Source: Bugula neritina
Lineage: Eukaryota; Animalia; Bryozoa
Direction: 5' to 3'
Assembly: GCA_964035545.1 (NCBI GenBank)
Contig: OZ037767.1
Span: forward strand, 27,482,628-27,546,627
Length of the DNA stretch: 64,000 nt
Position numbers and translations under genes: made by a program. How positions within the stretch are numbered: the first letter of the stretch is position 1; every line of letters begins with the position of its first letter. Shown here in pieces: positions 1 through 14,400 of the stretch. The notes below the pieces were generated by a model, which made no database searches, was not told the origin of the DNA, and saw only the letters and a program-made list of their open reading frames with translations.

Positions 1-1610
1 CACTATTTACGATATGCCTTACACAATGAGAACTGCAGCAGTAAACTAACAAAGATTATAATATACACAAAAATGTTTTGTTTATAAAACAAAAAATCAC
101 ACTCTAAACTTGACACCAGACATAAAAACTTTGACTAACAGGAGAATTCAAATTCCCATGACCTCTAACCAGGTGCGATAGGAGTTCAAATTTACTACAA
201 GCTAAAATTTTTTAGTGTATTTAAATTATTTAGAGCTTCCACTCAACTTACATCTTGACATCATTGAGTAGCCTTTCGGGAATAATTAGGCTTTGATTTT
301 CTAATTCACTGGCCAACTCTAAAACCATTAAATAAATTAGGTCAAATCTTTCCTGATGTTAACTAATCATACGATGGTCTGATGCGCAGGTACATGCACA
401 GATACAGAGTGCTCACACAAAATTTCAGATTCGAATAATTTATGCCATACTTTAGCCAAAATAACGATATATGTTGACATATTCATTCAAATGAATGAAT
501 CCTGAAGATTTAGGAGCAATTGTGAAATTTCAAAAAAGTAAAAATAAGTAGGTACAGAAAGTGAGACATTTCGTAAAACCTGTGTTCTAGATAACGAATA
601 TTGCATTCTAAACCTAAATTCATATAGACAATTAAAGAAGTGTGTTTTCATGATTGCGCCTGAATAAAATCATCAACAAACACAGTTTCGGTTGCTATTC
701 AAGTGCATTGAATTCCCTACGTATAATTGTTTATAAATATTAGCTTGGCATGTGATCAGTTGTCAAACTAATCTCAAAAATGACGAATGAACATGAATGT
801 GTAGAAATGTTATCTACTGCCTCAACAATACTTTTAATTCAGAAACATTTGCCACAAATCCAGCTATTGATTGTATATACTCAAGCATGATGATTAGTGC
901 ACAATAAAATTAAGGTGATACAATATGATATTTTACTTAAAAAAAACTGTAATGCAAAGCATTTTAATGATGAAAGGCAATGTGTGATTGGCCTTGCAGT
1001 GACTTCAATGCAGAAAAGAAGTAATCAGAGTAGCATGCTAATACTTAAACTACATTCACTTGGCTGCCACTGACCATTAGTTTGCATACCAATAGAGACT
1101 ATGCATGAGTATAAAAAGGTGTGAAAATTAACTTGCCCTACATGGCCTACAGCATTCACCAACTTAGTCGAAACGGTTAGAGTTATGCTACATGTGAGAA
1201 AACTATTTTCAAGCAAACAATCCACTATGAGAAGTTGAAAACAGAAAAATCCACAATAAATGTTTTCATAGAAAAAATTGCCAATACTGCATTTCATCAT
1301 CCTCAAATTCCATGCACTGTTTTGCCTCAAATAGCAGATCATCTTACAATCAGCAATCTTTTGTTATACGAAATCAAATTAGTGCAACAAATGATATTGA
1401 AGAATAGAATATGGACACATACTGCCATTCTCTATAATAGGTTTCAGTATCAAAAATTAGAAAACCAATACATTGGGTATCAATGAGATTGTCCTTAAAG
1501 CCTCTTTGTTAAAGTAATTCCCCTTCATTCCAAGATGGATGAACTGTGATTTTGTCAGCGCATTCATTAACAGATGTTAAGGAAATTTTTGAGCTGATTG
1601 AATACAAACG

Positions 1611-4534
1611 TCAATTATGATGATCATCAACTGTTAATACTATAATCTATATTACTTCTAGTTTCTTACTACATAATACTCTATAATTATGATTATTATT
1701 TCACCATGATATATTCCATTAAATTGCACTATACTACATTAAATGATATTATTTTACATTAAATCATATTAGATCATGCTGCCCTTTTGAGTTTATAAAA
1801 TAAAATGCGCTCTATTTATGTAATTCTGCAACATAAAATATTCATTTTGTTGAAAAGCTACTCAGATATATATCCGAATTGAATTGACTAACATGCCACC
1901 TAACATACATTGAATCAACTTGTTCACAATTATTGTAATAAAGTGTTTAATAACATTAACAATTTATACCAGAAGTATATAATTACAAGATGCATACCTG
2001 CTTGATTTATTCCCAATTTTTCCTCATGCCTTTCAACAAAACCCTGCGTAACAAATAATCATAAAATTATGTTTGATATTATTAGTGTTAGCAACATGAG
2101 TGTATAGCAAACATTATATAACAATTTATGATAAGTAAAATATTGAATTCTAAAGAGAATAAAATATTATTGATAGCCTGTGTAAGTTTTTATAGTAAAG
2201 CTTTTGTGTGTTATACACAACACATAAATTTGTACCAACACATTAAATATCTTTATATATAATTTAACTCATTGTAAAAACAAGTTTATGGTCTTGGCAA
2301 AGAAATAGTTCTGTTTAGACGTTTGATTATTAATGGTCTTATAATGCCTAAAGTAGGTAGAAATAGGAAAACGGAAAAACTGTGACAAATATGACGATCA
2401 GCTCAAAGAACTTGTGACTGTGTTGATGTATGAAAGAATTTCATTCCCAAATTGCACACATAACAGAATGACTAAGTGGTGGCCATCAAAAACTACACCC
2501 TATCTTATTGGTTACATATGCCAATGACTCGAATTATGCACCTTTGTTATTGAAAACACTCTGTGTCATTCTTTGCAGCCAAATAAGAGATTGTTGGAAA
2601 AACATATGCAGAGCAAATAAAGAATGATGAGCCAGATATGTGTTGTCGCAGGCATTCAGTTCATATCATTCTGCTATTGTAAATATTTTATGCAATACTG
2701 GAATGGGAAATGCTTTAAGGATGTTGAAATATCAAGTAATAAGACTGCAATTAATTCAAGTCAAACTCAAACTAAATATTGTAATGTCAATAAAGACCTT
2801 ACCGGTGTTAAGTCTTCAGTTGTAAAGGGGATATCTTTACTAGAATGGGTCGGGTGTGCTTTCTTTCCATAAAAGGATCCATAGCATGAGTCAAAACTGT
2901 GGTTGCTAATACTGCTTCTGCAAGATTGCCGGAAACTTCTGACAGCCCAACCCTCTCTGTTTGGATTACTGTCCCATTCAGCCTCCATTCCCTAAATTTT
3001 AAAATTTCAACTGTGTATTTCAATAACAAAATTCCAACTTTTCTTTGAAAAGTAGTATAATATTGGTGTGTCGGACACAAAACTTATTCACAGCTTGTCT
3101 TATAAATTCTGTTACAACAACTTGAAAACATACATAAACAGGTAGAAAATGGAAAATGAACGTCTCAAAGAGAATATTTATACCAGATTCAAGAATCTAT
3201 AGATATATATATATTATATAGAATGACTCATGATAAAAACATGCAGCTGTTAGAGGTCTACTTCCCATGCTCTCTCAACTATCTCGCTGTACTCATTTAA
3301 GTTTAAACTTTTACTAGGTGTGTTGATATCTTATATCTAAGCTTATGTAAACAGCTTACCTTTTTTACACGCTGACTTTTTCTGCCAGAAGCATAAGCTG
3401 AGTCTACGCTACGGTCACTCTCTCTTCCGCCATTTTTCTCAACTCGACTGTGTTTGGAAGCTTTATTACCACCTCGAAAACTTCGAGTGAAGTTACTCCG
3501 GCATGGCAATTTGGCATTGTCGAGTTTTTCACTAACATCCTTCTTGTCAACCTGCATTAGAAATCATAACAGAATGTTAAATGAGTTTTAAAAAAATGAT
3601 AAGTTTTGAATATACTACAAAGTTTTGCTTGTTTGAAGTGCAGCCAATCCTGTATTAATAAAATTATTCTACTGTCTTGTTTCACCAGTATCAATTAAGC
3701 ATGTATAACCTGGTTATCTATTAAAGCATAGATGTAGAAACACCATATCAGTTGAAGTTATATCTCTAATACAAATATATCAATTATTATCAACAGCTCA
3801 CGCCTCACTAGGGTTGGAGAGGCTCAAAAATTCAATTGGATTGGAAAACCTGAAAATGTCCGTTTAAGCTGCAAAATATATCCTCAGAAGCCCCATGGCA
3901 GATTTTCCTATAGGTAAATCGCACCAATCAGCAACCAACTGAGTGTAGAGCTACACAAGAAGTTTGAAAATTATTTCTACTTACATCTGAATCCAAACCA
4001 TTGATGTCACTATTTTCACAACTGTCTACTCTTTTAGGCTGTTTATCATTATCCTCATCTTTCAAGTTTAATACTTCAGTACCCAGTGTGTCCGGTCCAT
4101 TATTGCGGTTTTTAGATTTTGCTCGTTTCTTTCGAAAACTATCTCGAACTCTTTCTACTAACTTTGGCTTATGGTCTTTATGAACTGCTTTCTCAATTTT
4201 ACTCTAAAATTACATTTCAGAAATCAAACAATAGAAATTATAGCTTTTTAGAATCAAGACATGCATATAGCAGCGCAGAAACTGTTACATACCACACACT
4301 CTAATTCAGATCAGTATATACCATAACCATGGGTATAAAAAAACAGTGAGCTGCAAATAATTATTTACTTGAAGAAAAGACACGATTCATCGATTGTATT
4401 GTTTTAGCATAGTAGCCAGTAGTTCACATTCTCTTGTAATACCAACAGTAAAATCCAAACTATTATTCACCTACCTGTTCATGTAGCTCATCCTTGTCTT
4501 TCTTACTCGACTTTTTAAAAAAACTTGTAGCCAT
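1611..4534 (-). CDS. Uncharacterised Lys/Ser/Arg-rich, probably disordered protein (about 240 aa), multi-exon
   Basis: Frame-consistent GT-AG exons: 4475-4534 (MATSFFKKSSKKDKDELHEQ), 3985-4203, 3360-3551, 2803-2991, then probably 1998-2043 and 1611-1630 (stop TGA). An alternative terminal exon at 2656-2673 is possible. No domain recognised; the 3' exons are less certain. Confidence 0.6.
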
Positions 4535-4620
4535 TTTATACAATTGCTTTAGAATATTTTATCTCACTATTTTAAACAAATATTTGTGAACTGCTCACTT
4601 CGCCTGTCAAACACTAATTG

Positions 4621-4745
4621 ATGGCTCCGAATGCAAACGAGAAATGCAAACGTTATTTTTTACATGTGATGTGATATAAGCTGCGATATCAGCCAATCAC
4701 ATCACATCACATCTGATTGAAGAAATCGCAATGTCAACATGGCAT
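4621..4745 (-). promoter_or_regulatory. Putative promoter of the uncharacterised gene (CCAAT-type motifs, repeated ATGCAAACG)
   Basis: AGCCAATCAC at 4691 and a direct repeat of aatgcaaacg at about 4630-4652, 100-200 bp upstream of the ATG at 4534. Confidence 0.3.
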
Positions 4746-5451
4746 GCTTTGAAATCACTCCTATGCATTGTTCAAAATAATAATCTACTAATGATTGCAA
4801 GTATGAAGTTGCTAATGACAAAAATTTATTGCCGAAACAAGAACCAGCAGCAGATCAAGCGCATGCTAACAGGTGTCAAAACAAGCACATGCCAACAGGC
4901 AACTTGCTAAGAAATTACTAGCAAAACATAATATATAAATAACAAATAAAACTACATTATCACACTTGGACGGCTCAAGAAAAATGATAGATTACCATAA
5001 ACTAGATATATAATATGATTATAAAAAGGCAGTATGTACGAAAATAATAAATGTCCTTCACTTGAAGTCATACGAAAAAGAGGCTGTTTTGCTGAAGCTG
5101 GCACGAAAATTACTAAATTTCTTTGAAATATAAATCAAATTCACTGAATAATATAGCAAAGTGTTACAAAAGATCAAAACACACATTTTTTGGAGGCAAA
5201 TCAAGTAAAATTTTTTGTATATCAAACTACCAAATGCATAGCTATAAAAATTATCCTACAACGTTTCAAATAAAAGATTTCATCACTGAGCGAGCAGAAG
5301 TCCTTATAAATCAACACGAGGCTACAGATGGCATCAGATGCTATATATCAATTAGGAGGAGGGGCCGATAACCACCCGTGTGTAGTACGTATGTAGAACC
5401 TAGGCTAGCCAGACTATTTCACCATTATATTCAGGTTAGGGGTTGGCTCCT

Positions 5452-8400
5452 TCAGCTTCCCCACACCATGATGACTTTGTTGAAGGTTATGAAAGCTCCT
5501 CGATTAGGTTTGCTAGAAAAATCATACTAGGATTGGATAGAGGGAGAAAATTATAGGGGAAAAATGGCATTATATCAGGAGTGGCTAGATGGAGACATAT
5601 AAAGGGAGAAACAGGACGTGGACAACTTGTATGAACCAATAGTATAAGGTTCAATATACGTGACTGTTCATATACTGTTCAATAGAAATGAAGTAATCGC
5701 TATTGTCAGTAGGCTATAAGTCACCAAAGGCAAACTTGTGCATGTAGCTGCTGTATATAGGCTACATACAACATATTTACTGTCGAATGGTACAAAATGA
5801 ATCTAAATGGTTTTATCAAAAAGTTTGAAAATTCAACATGCCACTCTTTTATAACATATAAAAATTCCTTTGTTTTCATGGTATTTATGCTGTGAATGAT
5901 TTGAGCTGACACATTTTTACAGTGACAATACTGCCAATAATATTGATAAAAAAACTCACGCAGGTTTATAGTCACTATCCCTGAGCCAATAATATTGGTA
6001 GACTTGGCTAAATGATATGTGAATCATAGCATTCTAATATAAACACATGTATATGTTTGACTTTGGATGCCAAGACTGGCAATAGTGAAATGCCTCATTT
6101 CATATTTTAGCAAGTTATGCTGACTTTGCCAGCAAAACTGAGCCCACAGCCCCGTAGATTCACAATAAAATCAATCCATTTCACCAACTTGAATAAAGTT
6201 ACTAAATATCCGTGAGAACATCAATTAATGTATACTGAGAATCAAAATAGCCAAGTAACTTCAACACCTCATTACTAGCTAATTCTAAGTAGTTGTAGAG
6301 AATACTTACCAGTCAAAGTAACGGACTCCATCATACATGCCATCGTGTTTTCCATCTGCAAAATAGAGACATGCATTAAATAAATATGAAAAAATAAATA
6401 ACTTAGTACTTCACAGTAACAGGAGAAACTTATTATATATACCCGGTAGTACAAAATAAAAATTAGAAAAGAGATCCGTCTATCTTTATATCAGCAGTTT
6501 TTATTAGCATACGCCATACAGTATGCATACAGTATGTAGCATAGTAAGCATACAGTATGCATACTGTATGTAGCATAGTAAGCATACAGCATGCATACAG
6601 TACATAGCAAGCACAACTGTTTACAGTAAATATTTCAGAATATAATAAAAAATATCTGGTAGTGATGTTTGGCTGATATTGCTAAAGAATTTTGATAGCA
6701 TAGGTTGTACAACATCCAATAGTTTAAACATATTATAGACAATTGACCTCACCTTGGTACTCAAGTTCAAGGCCGATAAATGTATCATTTCTATCGTGGA
6801 GATGGCCAACAAACTTGACTAGCCCCCTGCATATCCTTCCATCTGGTTTAGTGAACTTGGCTATGTCACCTACAGCAAGGTCTGCTGGTGACCGAGGGGC
6901 GAAGGGGCGCCGACCCGTAGTATTGAATGTGATTCTAGGAGCCACACCCGTGTTGTTGTGCTGTGTTGGAAGAACTGGAACAAGGACAGAGCGAAGTCCA
7001 TAGCTAGCAGGCGGAGCTAGCCTCTCTAAAAGCAAATCTAAATAATAGAAAGAAATAATTAATTGAGGGTATGCTTAATGTATGCTAATAGTGTGGCTGT
7101 GATATGCTTGTGTTATACATGTTTGCTAATAGTAAGTTTGCATTAATTTTCGATTTTCAGTCAAAAATACAATTCAACCTATTTGAAAATTTGCCTTGCA
7201 TGTCAAAAGGCAAACATCAAAATGTTTATCTTACGAGAACTTAATCAGAATAATTTCTAATAATTATTATTTCAGTATAATAACCTAACAAAATGATAAA
7301 ATCCTTGTAGATAATAGTGTTTAGTTATCACTTAGTGACTTGATGTCTTACTTAAAGTGTCAAATAGAGCTTTGCTTTTTATATTTTATCAGCTACCATT
7401 CTCCATTATCCACTTTATGCTGTAGACTTTACACATTCAGTAAGTTTTCAAATATAGATTAAGTAGTCATATTCTTCTATTAGACAGTGAGCTTCCCCCA
7501 TCAACATGGTTTGTGAAAACATGAAGTTAACTAATACTTGGTACATTTTTCAGCTAAACTATCAACGCACATTTATGCTTTTGGTTTGTCAAATTTTGTG
7601 AAAAATAAACTATGCTATCATTATGGGAGAATATTGAGCACCATATCTATGTCTATGGAAAAGCGATCAGCCATTAATTTAGTCAAATACAAGTTTATTC
7701 AGAGATAACACCAGGTGATAACAAATGGAAAGGTGCCGATAGCCACTTTTGGCATGATTTGTGTTTATTATTCAGGTAGTCAGAACTATTTGATGTAGGG
7801 TGACATAAATAGAAACTTATGCATTTTTAAAGGCTTATATAATGAATAAATAATATTTAGCAACTTGGCATATATTGCAAACGTAAAGGTAAACCAAGAG
7901 CAAAACAAGTAAACACTGCAATTTAGGCTGCATGTTCATTCAAAGAAGAAATAACTTGAAACATCTTGAATCAAAAGTTGCACTAAACAGACATAGACTG
8001 CATTCACAATGAAATACTACAGGAAACTGGGACACTGCATGGTTAACACCAGATGAAACAATGGAAACTTTACCTGTTTCTATACAGCCAACATAAACAT
8101 ATAGTAAACAATACAGCAGATGAGGCAAACACCACTATGCCATTATGCTGCTATCAAATAGCAAAATCTGTTTAGTTTAACAAAAGTGATGCAATCTTAA
8201 CAATTTAGTGTTACAACCTGGAAAACATCTCTAAATATTATTACAAGCAGATTCTACTCAGAAAAATCATATTTCATGATTATTTAGAGCTGATGTATCA
8301 TTAAATCTCTGACAACCAACACTGTGCTAACACCTATAATACACATCTATTTAAACTATACAATAGCTGTAACATCACACCACACTCTATACTGGCTACA

Positions 8401-11400
8401 CTCTACAGAGTAGCAACACTGGTTGCTATTAGCAACTCACCTTGTGTGGATTCACTCTGTACACTGGAACTACCAACGCTGCTCCTACGACGTTGGTAGC
8501 TAGAATTACTATAACCTCTTTCTCTTCTAGTGAAGGCTTTGTCCAGCCCCTCCTCATCATTTACATCATAGGAGCCAAAGGCTTGGGTGTTGAATGTGGC
8601 CTCATTCAGTATGTCCATCGTACACTCACTCACTGCGTCATCATCTGCTCTTTTAGGTGGCGAGTATCGTGGCAGGGGAGCTGGTAGATAGAGTGAACAT
8701 TGGTTAGGTAACAAGATTATAGTCTGTAAGAAATCTATCTTAGCTGTTAGATTTGATGTAACCTCAGAAGCTGCGCTTCTTCAATTTACATTAAACCAGT
8801 CATATCATCTGTGAGTTTTACAAAAGAAAAAATTCTTCAAAAAAAATGATCAAAATTATAATATGTCATGTCTGCTTGTTTCTTTCAGTTTAAGATGGGC
8901 TTCAAAGGACTAAAATGTGTTATCTAATATACCATCTAGTTTAGACACAAAGGAAGCAGCTAAGGTCTAGTGCTTAGAAAGCTGGCTGTATGTAAACCCA
9001 CACCATGTCATGGGTTCGATCACCAGTAAAGGCCATAGGTGATGTTAGGAAGAGCATCCAGTCATAATTGCTCCTGTGCCTCATTTAAATAAGTCCTTAG
9101 CCCGGTTAAGAGGCCCTTTATTCAGGGGTTTTCACAGGGATAGTGACTATAAACTTGTGCAAGCTTTTTAGTTTATACACAAAATAAATACTACCCATCT
9201 TTTCTAGATCACTAGTCTCCAACATCTCATAATGCTGCACAAACCAAAGACCTTCTGATTATTAAACCTCCCATAATTTAACTATAATGTGACAAAGTGG
9301 CTCAGATAAGCACATATGTTCCAACTTTTACTGACATACCCTTGCATGCCAATTCCTACTCTAGTCTTGTCTATTTCGCAATTCAATCACCAGTATTAGG
9401 TATTTGTATAATATTTTGATTTTTGTGGGAACAAAAGATTCAAGAATGCTTGCCAACTATGCTGAACATTGCATCATTACTAACCTTGAAAAAAATTTTC
9501 TCTGACTGACTCAGACTATATAATATGAACATATCAATAATTAATACCTAATGTTTCATGAAGCAAAATATTGAGAAATCTATAGAAGTTTCATTGCTTT
9601 TCAAGCAAATGAAATGATCAGTTTAAACACGCAGGAGCAGAGCAAGCAAAACTTACCTCAACACTGAGTAAACATAATTTTTAGTGCAAAAGTTGTTTGA
9701 AAAACTAGAAATTACTATCCAACAAAGTTAGGGGCTCTGATATAGCACATAGCTTCAATTAGGTTGGAACTTTCATCTAATATATTCACACACCGGTAAT
9801 AATAAAATATGTGGATTGGGGGTAGTGGATAGGTTAGGGGAGATGTGGAAGGGGAAGTAGTGGGTAAAGGTAGGAGTTAGTAAAGTAGTTAGTACTAGAT
9901 TCTCTTCCTTATTTACTAAGATACCTCACACACAGTGGGATCAAGTTACACTCTGAACTATGTACCATCTATTAAAAAGAATGACTTTATGCTTTAGGTT
10001 CAAAATATTTCAAATATATGTTCTATTTGTCTGTGTTCAGCACACTGTGTTGGATCATTTACACATTAGCTCAAAGTGAACTGTCACTGTTTCAGTTCTA
10101 CTTTCTACTAACAGATGCTGGTCAATATGACAATATTGTAGTAGGATAGTGTAAAGCTTTACATTTTCTTCACAGAAGTTTTACACCCACCAGTCTTTCC
10201 CCCACAATCTTTAAACAAACATTAAATAAAAAGAGAGTGTAAAGTAATAGATTAAAATCCTAACACATACCTATAGTTGACCTAGAAAGAGGTTTGTACG
10301 CATCAAAACCGGCCATCAACACAGTTGTAGATTCGCTCACATCTGATTTGCCAGAAGGACTGGGTGGTCTGTCATCTGAGCTGTGATTGGACAACTGATA
10401 CGACGGCCTCAGACTTTCCTTCTTCAGATTAGGAGAGCTATGATACGGTGTCGTCAGGGAAGAAAATTCTCTAGGGCTATATGTTGATTTCAGAGGAGAA
10501 CGGTCTGTGAAATAATACAATAAAATTATCCTAAAACTGACTAAACTTGAGAGAATATACGTTGCTGCTGTTGCTTATCACCAGCAGTCCTTGTCAAATA
10601 GTGCGAAGACTTCAGCTAACCTGCTCAAGTAAAACAATGGGTTAACAGGGTGTAAACAATGTATTGAAAGGTTATGTTAATAATAACATTGAAAATTGAT
10701 ATGTTAAAACAAGTAATACAACTGAGCTGGCAGCCATTAGTTGCTACAGTCTAGACAATAGCTTATTGATTACATCAAACCTACATACTGCAAATCATTT
10801 GGCTACCCAATAGTAAAATATTATGTATGTTAAACAATAATCCGGAGTTGTCTTCTTGTTTTTGTATGGACAAATTCTTACAGTCTGCCAAGCGCTGCGT
10901 TTCCATGGCTGCAAATGGATGCTTGTAAGGACTAATTTGTGGTTGCAGTTTGCATGAACTTATGGTTGTGATTTCAGTCAATGTAACACCAAATGAAAAA
11001 TCCATTCCCATAATGTGAATGGATTGAGACCCAATCAAGTAAAGGACAGACAGATTGTTATACAAATTTTCCACTGTAAAACAGCAGATTAAAAAAATAA
11101 CCCAACCCTATAGAATATGACAAACACCTCAAATAACAAGAAAACCAAATTTACAGAACTTTTAAAACATGATAAGCAAGTTACAGTTTACGGTTTCCAG
11201 ACACTTAAATTAGATATTTAAAATGATTAATCAAGTTATTTGAGAAAAATGAAAAAATAAAATTATAAATCAAGTTGTACTAATAACACATCTGTTTTGT
11301 TTAATTCAATTTATACTTTATCATAGGCTTATGACAGAATCGCACTGAGTAACTATTGCTATGTTTTCTCGTAGCTTTTTATAATCAAACTACTAACTGA

Positions 11401-14400
11401 ATTCTAAATTTTCAAAAGTCAAAATTTTGCCCTGATACTAGAATATTACAGTTCACTTAACATAGCCTGAAATATAGAAACACACCTGTAACTAGGCTAT
11501 AATACTTGAATACAATATATTAAAATGCCAGCTTTTAAAACATTTTGTCAATAACTTCTTCATACCAAAGTTTAAAAAAGCATTTCGTTTAAGCTACAAG
11601 TTTTGTTTAAAGCTCAAACTAAGTATTCTTTAAAACATTCAAAACTTATATAATTTAGGAGTTATCTTGCCAACATTAACTTCTACTAACCATACGGCAA
11701 TGCGGTCCTACTGGTTGTGCTATTCAACATATAGCCTTTCTTATCCACAGAGGATTTAGAACTGACACTAAGAAGAGGCGCTCTGGTAGAGAACTCTTTT
11801 ATTTTCTGTTTCAGTGTGTTTATTTCTTCCCATGCAGCTTCCTTTACACCCCTGCTGTCCCCCTCAATGGGAGTATTGTTTACGCTGGATCCACTGCCTT
11901 TCCATCTGCAACAGAAACACTACAACTATAAACATGATTTGTACTTCTGACTCAAGTTGTATCACAGAATATGGAGACAACTCCAAAATATAATGCATAA
12001 TTAAATGTCTATCATTAAGTGGTCAATATAAAGATTTGCAGAAACACATTATTTTTCCAATAAAAACAAGACTTTTTATTGACTTCTATAAAAGAAGATT
12101 GACAGTGCGACTTCCCTTTAGACCTGGTATCTTACACTTACCATTCCTGAATAACCTCCGTGGGTATTGCTCGCACCCGTCTGTATTGTTCTACTCTGAG
12201 GCTATCTAGCATACTTGCATTAAGACAAAGAGAATGTAAACACCACTTCCTGTATGAGTCACACACTAACCTGCTACTGGCTTTGATATCTCTAATATTC
12301 TGTCTCAAAGTCACATTTTCCTCTTGCAGTATGTTAGTTTTCTCCTGCATAGCCTTCAAATCCACACGCAGCTGAGCCAATTCACTCTTGAGGTGACGCA
12401 CTTCATCATCCCCTTCCTGCTGCATTTTCAGCTCCGAGATCTACACCACAGAAGTAGCATAAATATAGAATAACTACACTAATATAAAAAATAATGAAAC
12501 TACTAGATAAGCGACAGTTATATGTTTTAAAGACTTACTTTATAACAACTTTAGTTTTACAAACACACTTCACCAAAATGGTACTTAATTGCATTGCTAT
12601 TCTAAATAAATAAGATCTTATACCAGTTGTGTATAAATGTATGTATCATATATAATATTAGACAGTAGAAGTTGTCCCCACCTGCTGCTCAAGGGCTTTC
12701 CTTTCTGCGTCAGCGTCGTGATGTAACTGTGACGTCAGCTCCTTTATATGAGCGGTCAGCATCTGGTTTTCCTGATCTAGACGAAGGACTTCAGCGCTCG
12801 ACGTATCATTGGCTACTTGAAGGTCTTGTACTTGGCTCTCAAGGTCACCTAGAGGTCATCACAAACTCTTATACTTGACATTGTTATGGGCAGAGATGTA
12901 ACACATTACGTACATTAATTATTTGGTAATTGTTTTATATGAAATCGCAGGCGAAAATGACCACCAATATGGAATCTAAGTTGGTTGGTTTCTTTTAAGC
13001 AGAGACAACTTAAATGTGCCGATAAAAGCTACATCTAAGCTCATAGTATAATAACAATTTAAATAACAATATTATATTATATATTTATATACCAAGACAC
13101 ATTAAACTGACAGGTGAATATTGACTCGATGAATGACTAAAAACTGGTTTATGCTGAGAACAAAATGTATATATTAGATAATCTTGTGAGTCAAGAACTC
13201 AGTAAGCTACATTAAATGTACAACTTACACATCTACTTACTAAACATGCTGAGAGTAATGTCGCTGAATACACCTGGAATTGCCAAAAGAGAGTAATTCT
13301 GCAGACACTTTCACTAACCTTCCCTTAGTCTTACTAGATAACATGTCGGCTAAGGCTAGCTAATTTACTGGAACACAGGCTGAGAAATAAGCAGCATCAA
13401 ATTTACTCACTAATTTTACTATCCAACGCTCCGTCTGTTTGACTGCCAGAGCCAGGTTTCTGATTGGCTGGATTGTCACCAACTTCGCTGCCAAACTCAG
13501 ACTTGCTGTTCATGAGCTCTTCCACTTGCTGCCTCAACTTCCACAGCTCGGTGGCCATGTTCTCTTTTTCTCTCAGTAGAGTATCACATCGTCGTTCCGC
13601 CTACAAGTAGACAGACAGACAGACTTTACGGCAACATTACTTTGTAGTATTTGAACTCACTATTATCAATTGTATAAAACACATGTATATTACATGTACG
13701 TAATACAGGTATATAATATACAGGTGTACAGGTATAGAGTATACAGGTATATAGTATACAGGTATACAGCACAGGTATATAGTATATAGGTATACAGGTA
13801 TATAGTATACAGGTATATAATACAGGTATACAGCACACACACACACCTCAGCCAGTTTCCCATGGACATGTGATGTGGACTCAGAAGAAGCTTGCTGTCC
13901 ATCAGAACCAGCTTTCAGCCTCTGATTTTCCACTTTGAGAGCCTCAACCTGACGTTTCAGAGCAGAGTTATCTGCTTTACTCTCAACTAGGAGTTGTCTC
14001 ATTGTCACGGCCTTGTCTGGGGAATCCTGGTCAGAATCCTGCAAGCAGACAGGAGAAAATTACTCCCACAGTTACCATGTAGTTGTATATATATTAGACT
14101 GCGTAGTAGTCAGTTTGAATGAATACATAACTTCACAATACAGCTTCAGTAGCTTAGCATATTGAATGAATGAGATGATTGAAGACAGCAGTTGCTAGTT
14201 GAAGCTTCACTACAGAGTGGAACACAATGCAGTGGTTGAAGGTTTAGGATATGAACAGATAACAAGATGAAAAGGTGAGATAAGGACCTAGTAGGTCCTG
14301 GAAAAGTACTCATTGAAATAAGACTTTACAATTTAGTTTAACAGTAGTAAGCATACATTTTTATAAAAAAATAACATGAGCTCCCATTCTATGTTGGATA

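Noticed and set aside
1025-1486. ORFs 1025-1342 (-) and 1235-1486 (+)
   Set aside because: No recognisable protein or splice support; probably 3' UTR or intergenic.
8952-9035. Functional tRNA gene
   Set aside because: No convincing acceptor or anticodon stems and a degenerate A box; better explained as a SINE head.
9657-9663. 7-nt microexon (cag|TGTTGAG|gtaagt, minus strand)
   Set aside because: Frameshifting and unsupported by anything else.
13626-13902. Tyr/Cys/Ile-rich ORFs in the ORF track
   Set aside because: They are translations of an intronic microsatellite.
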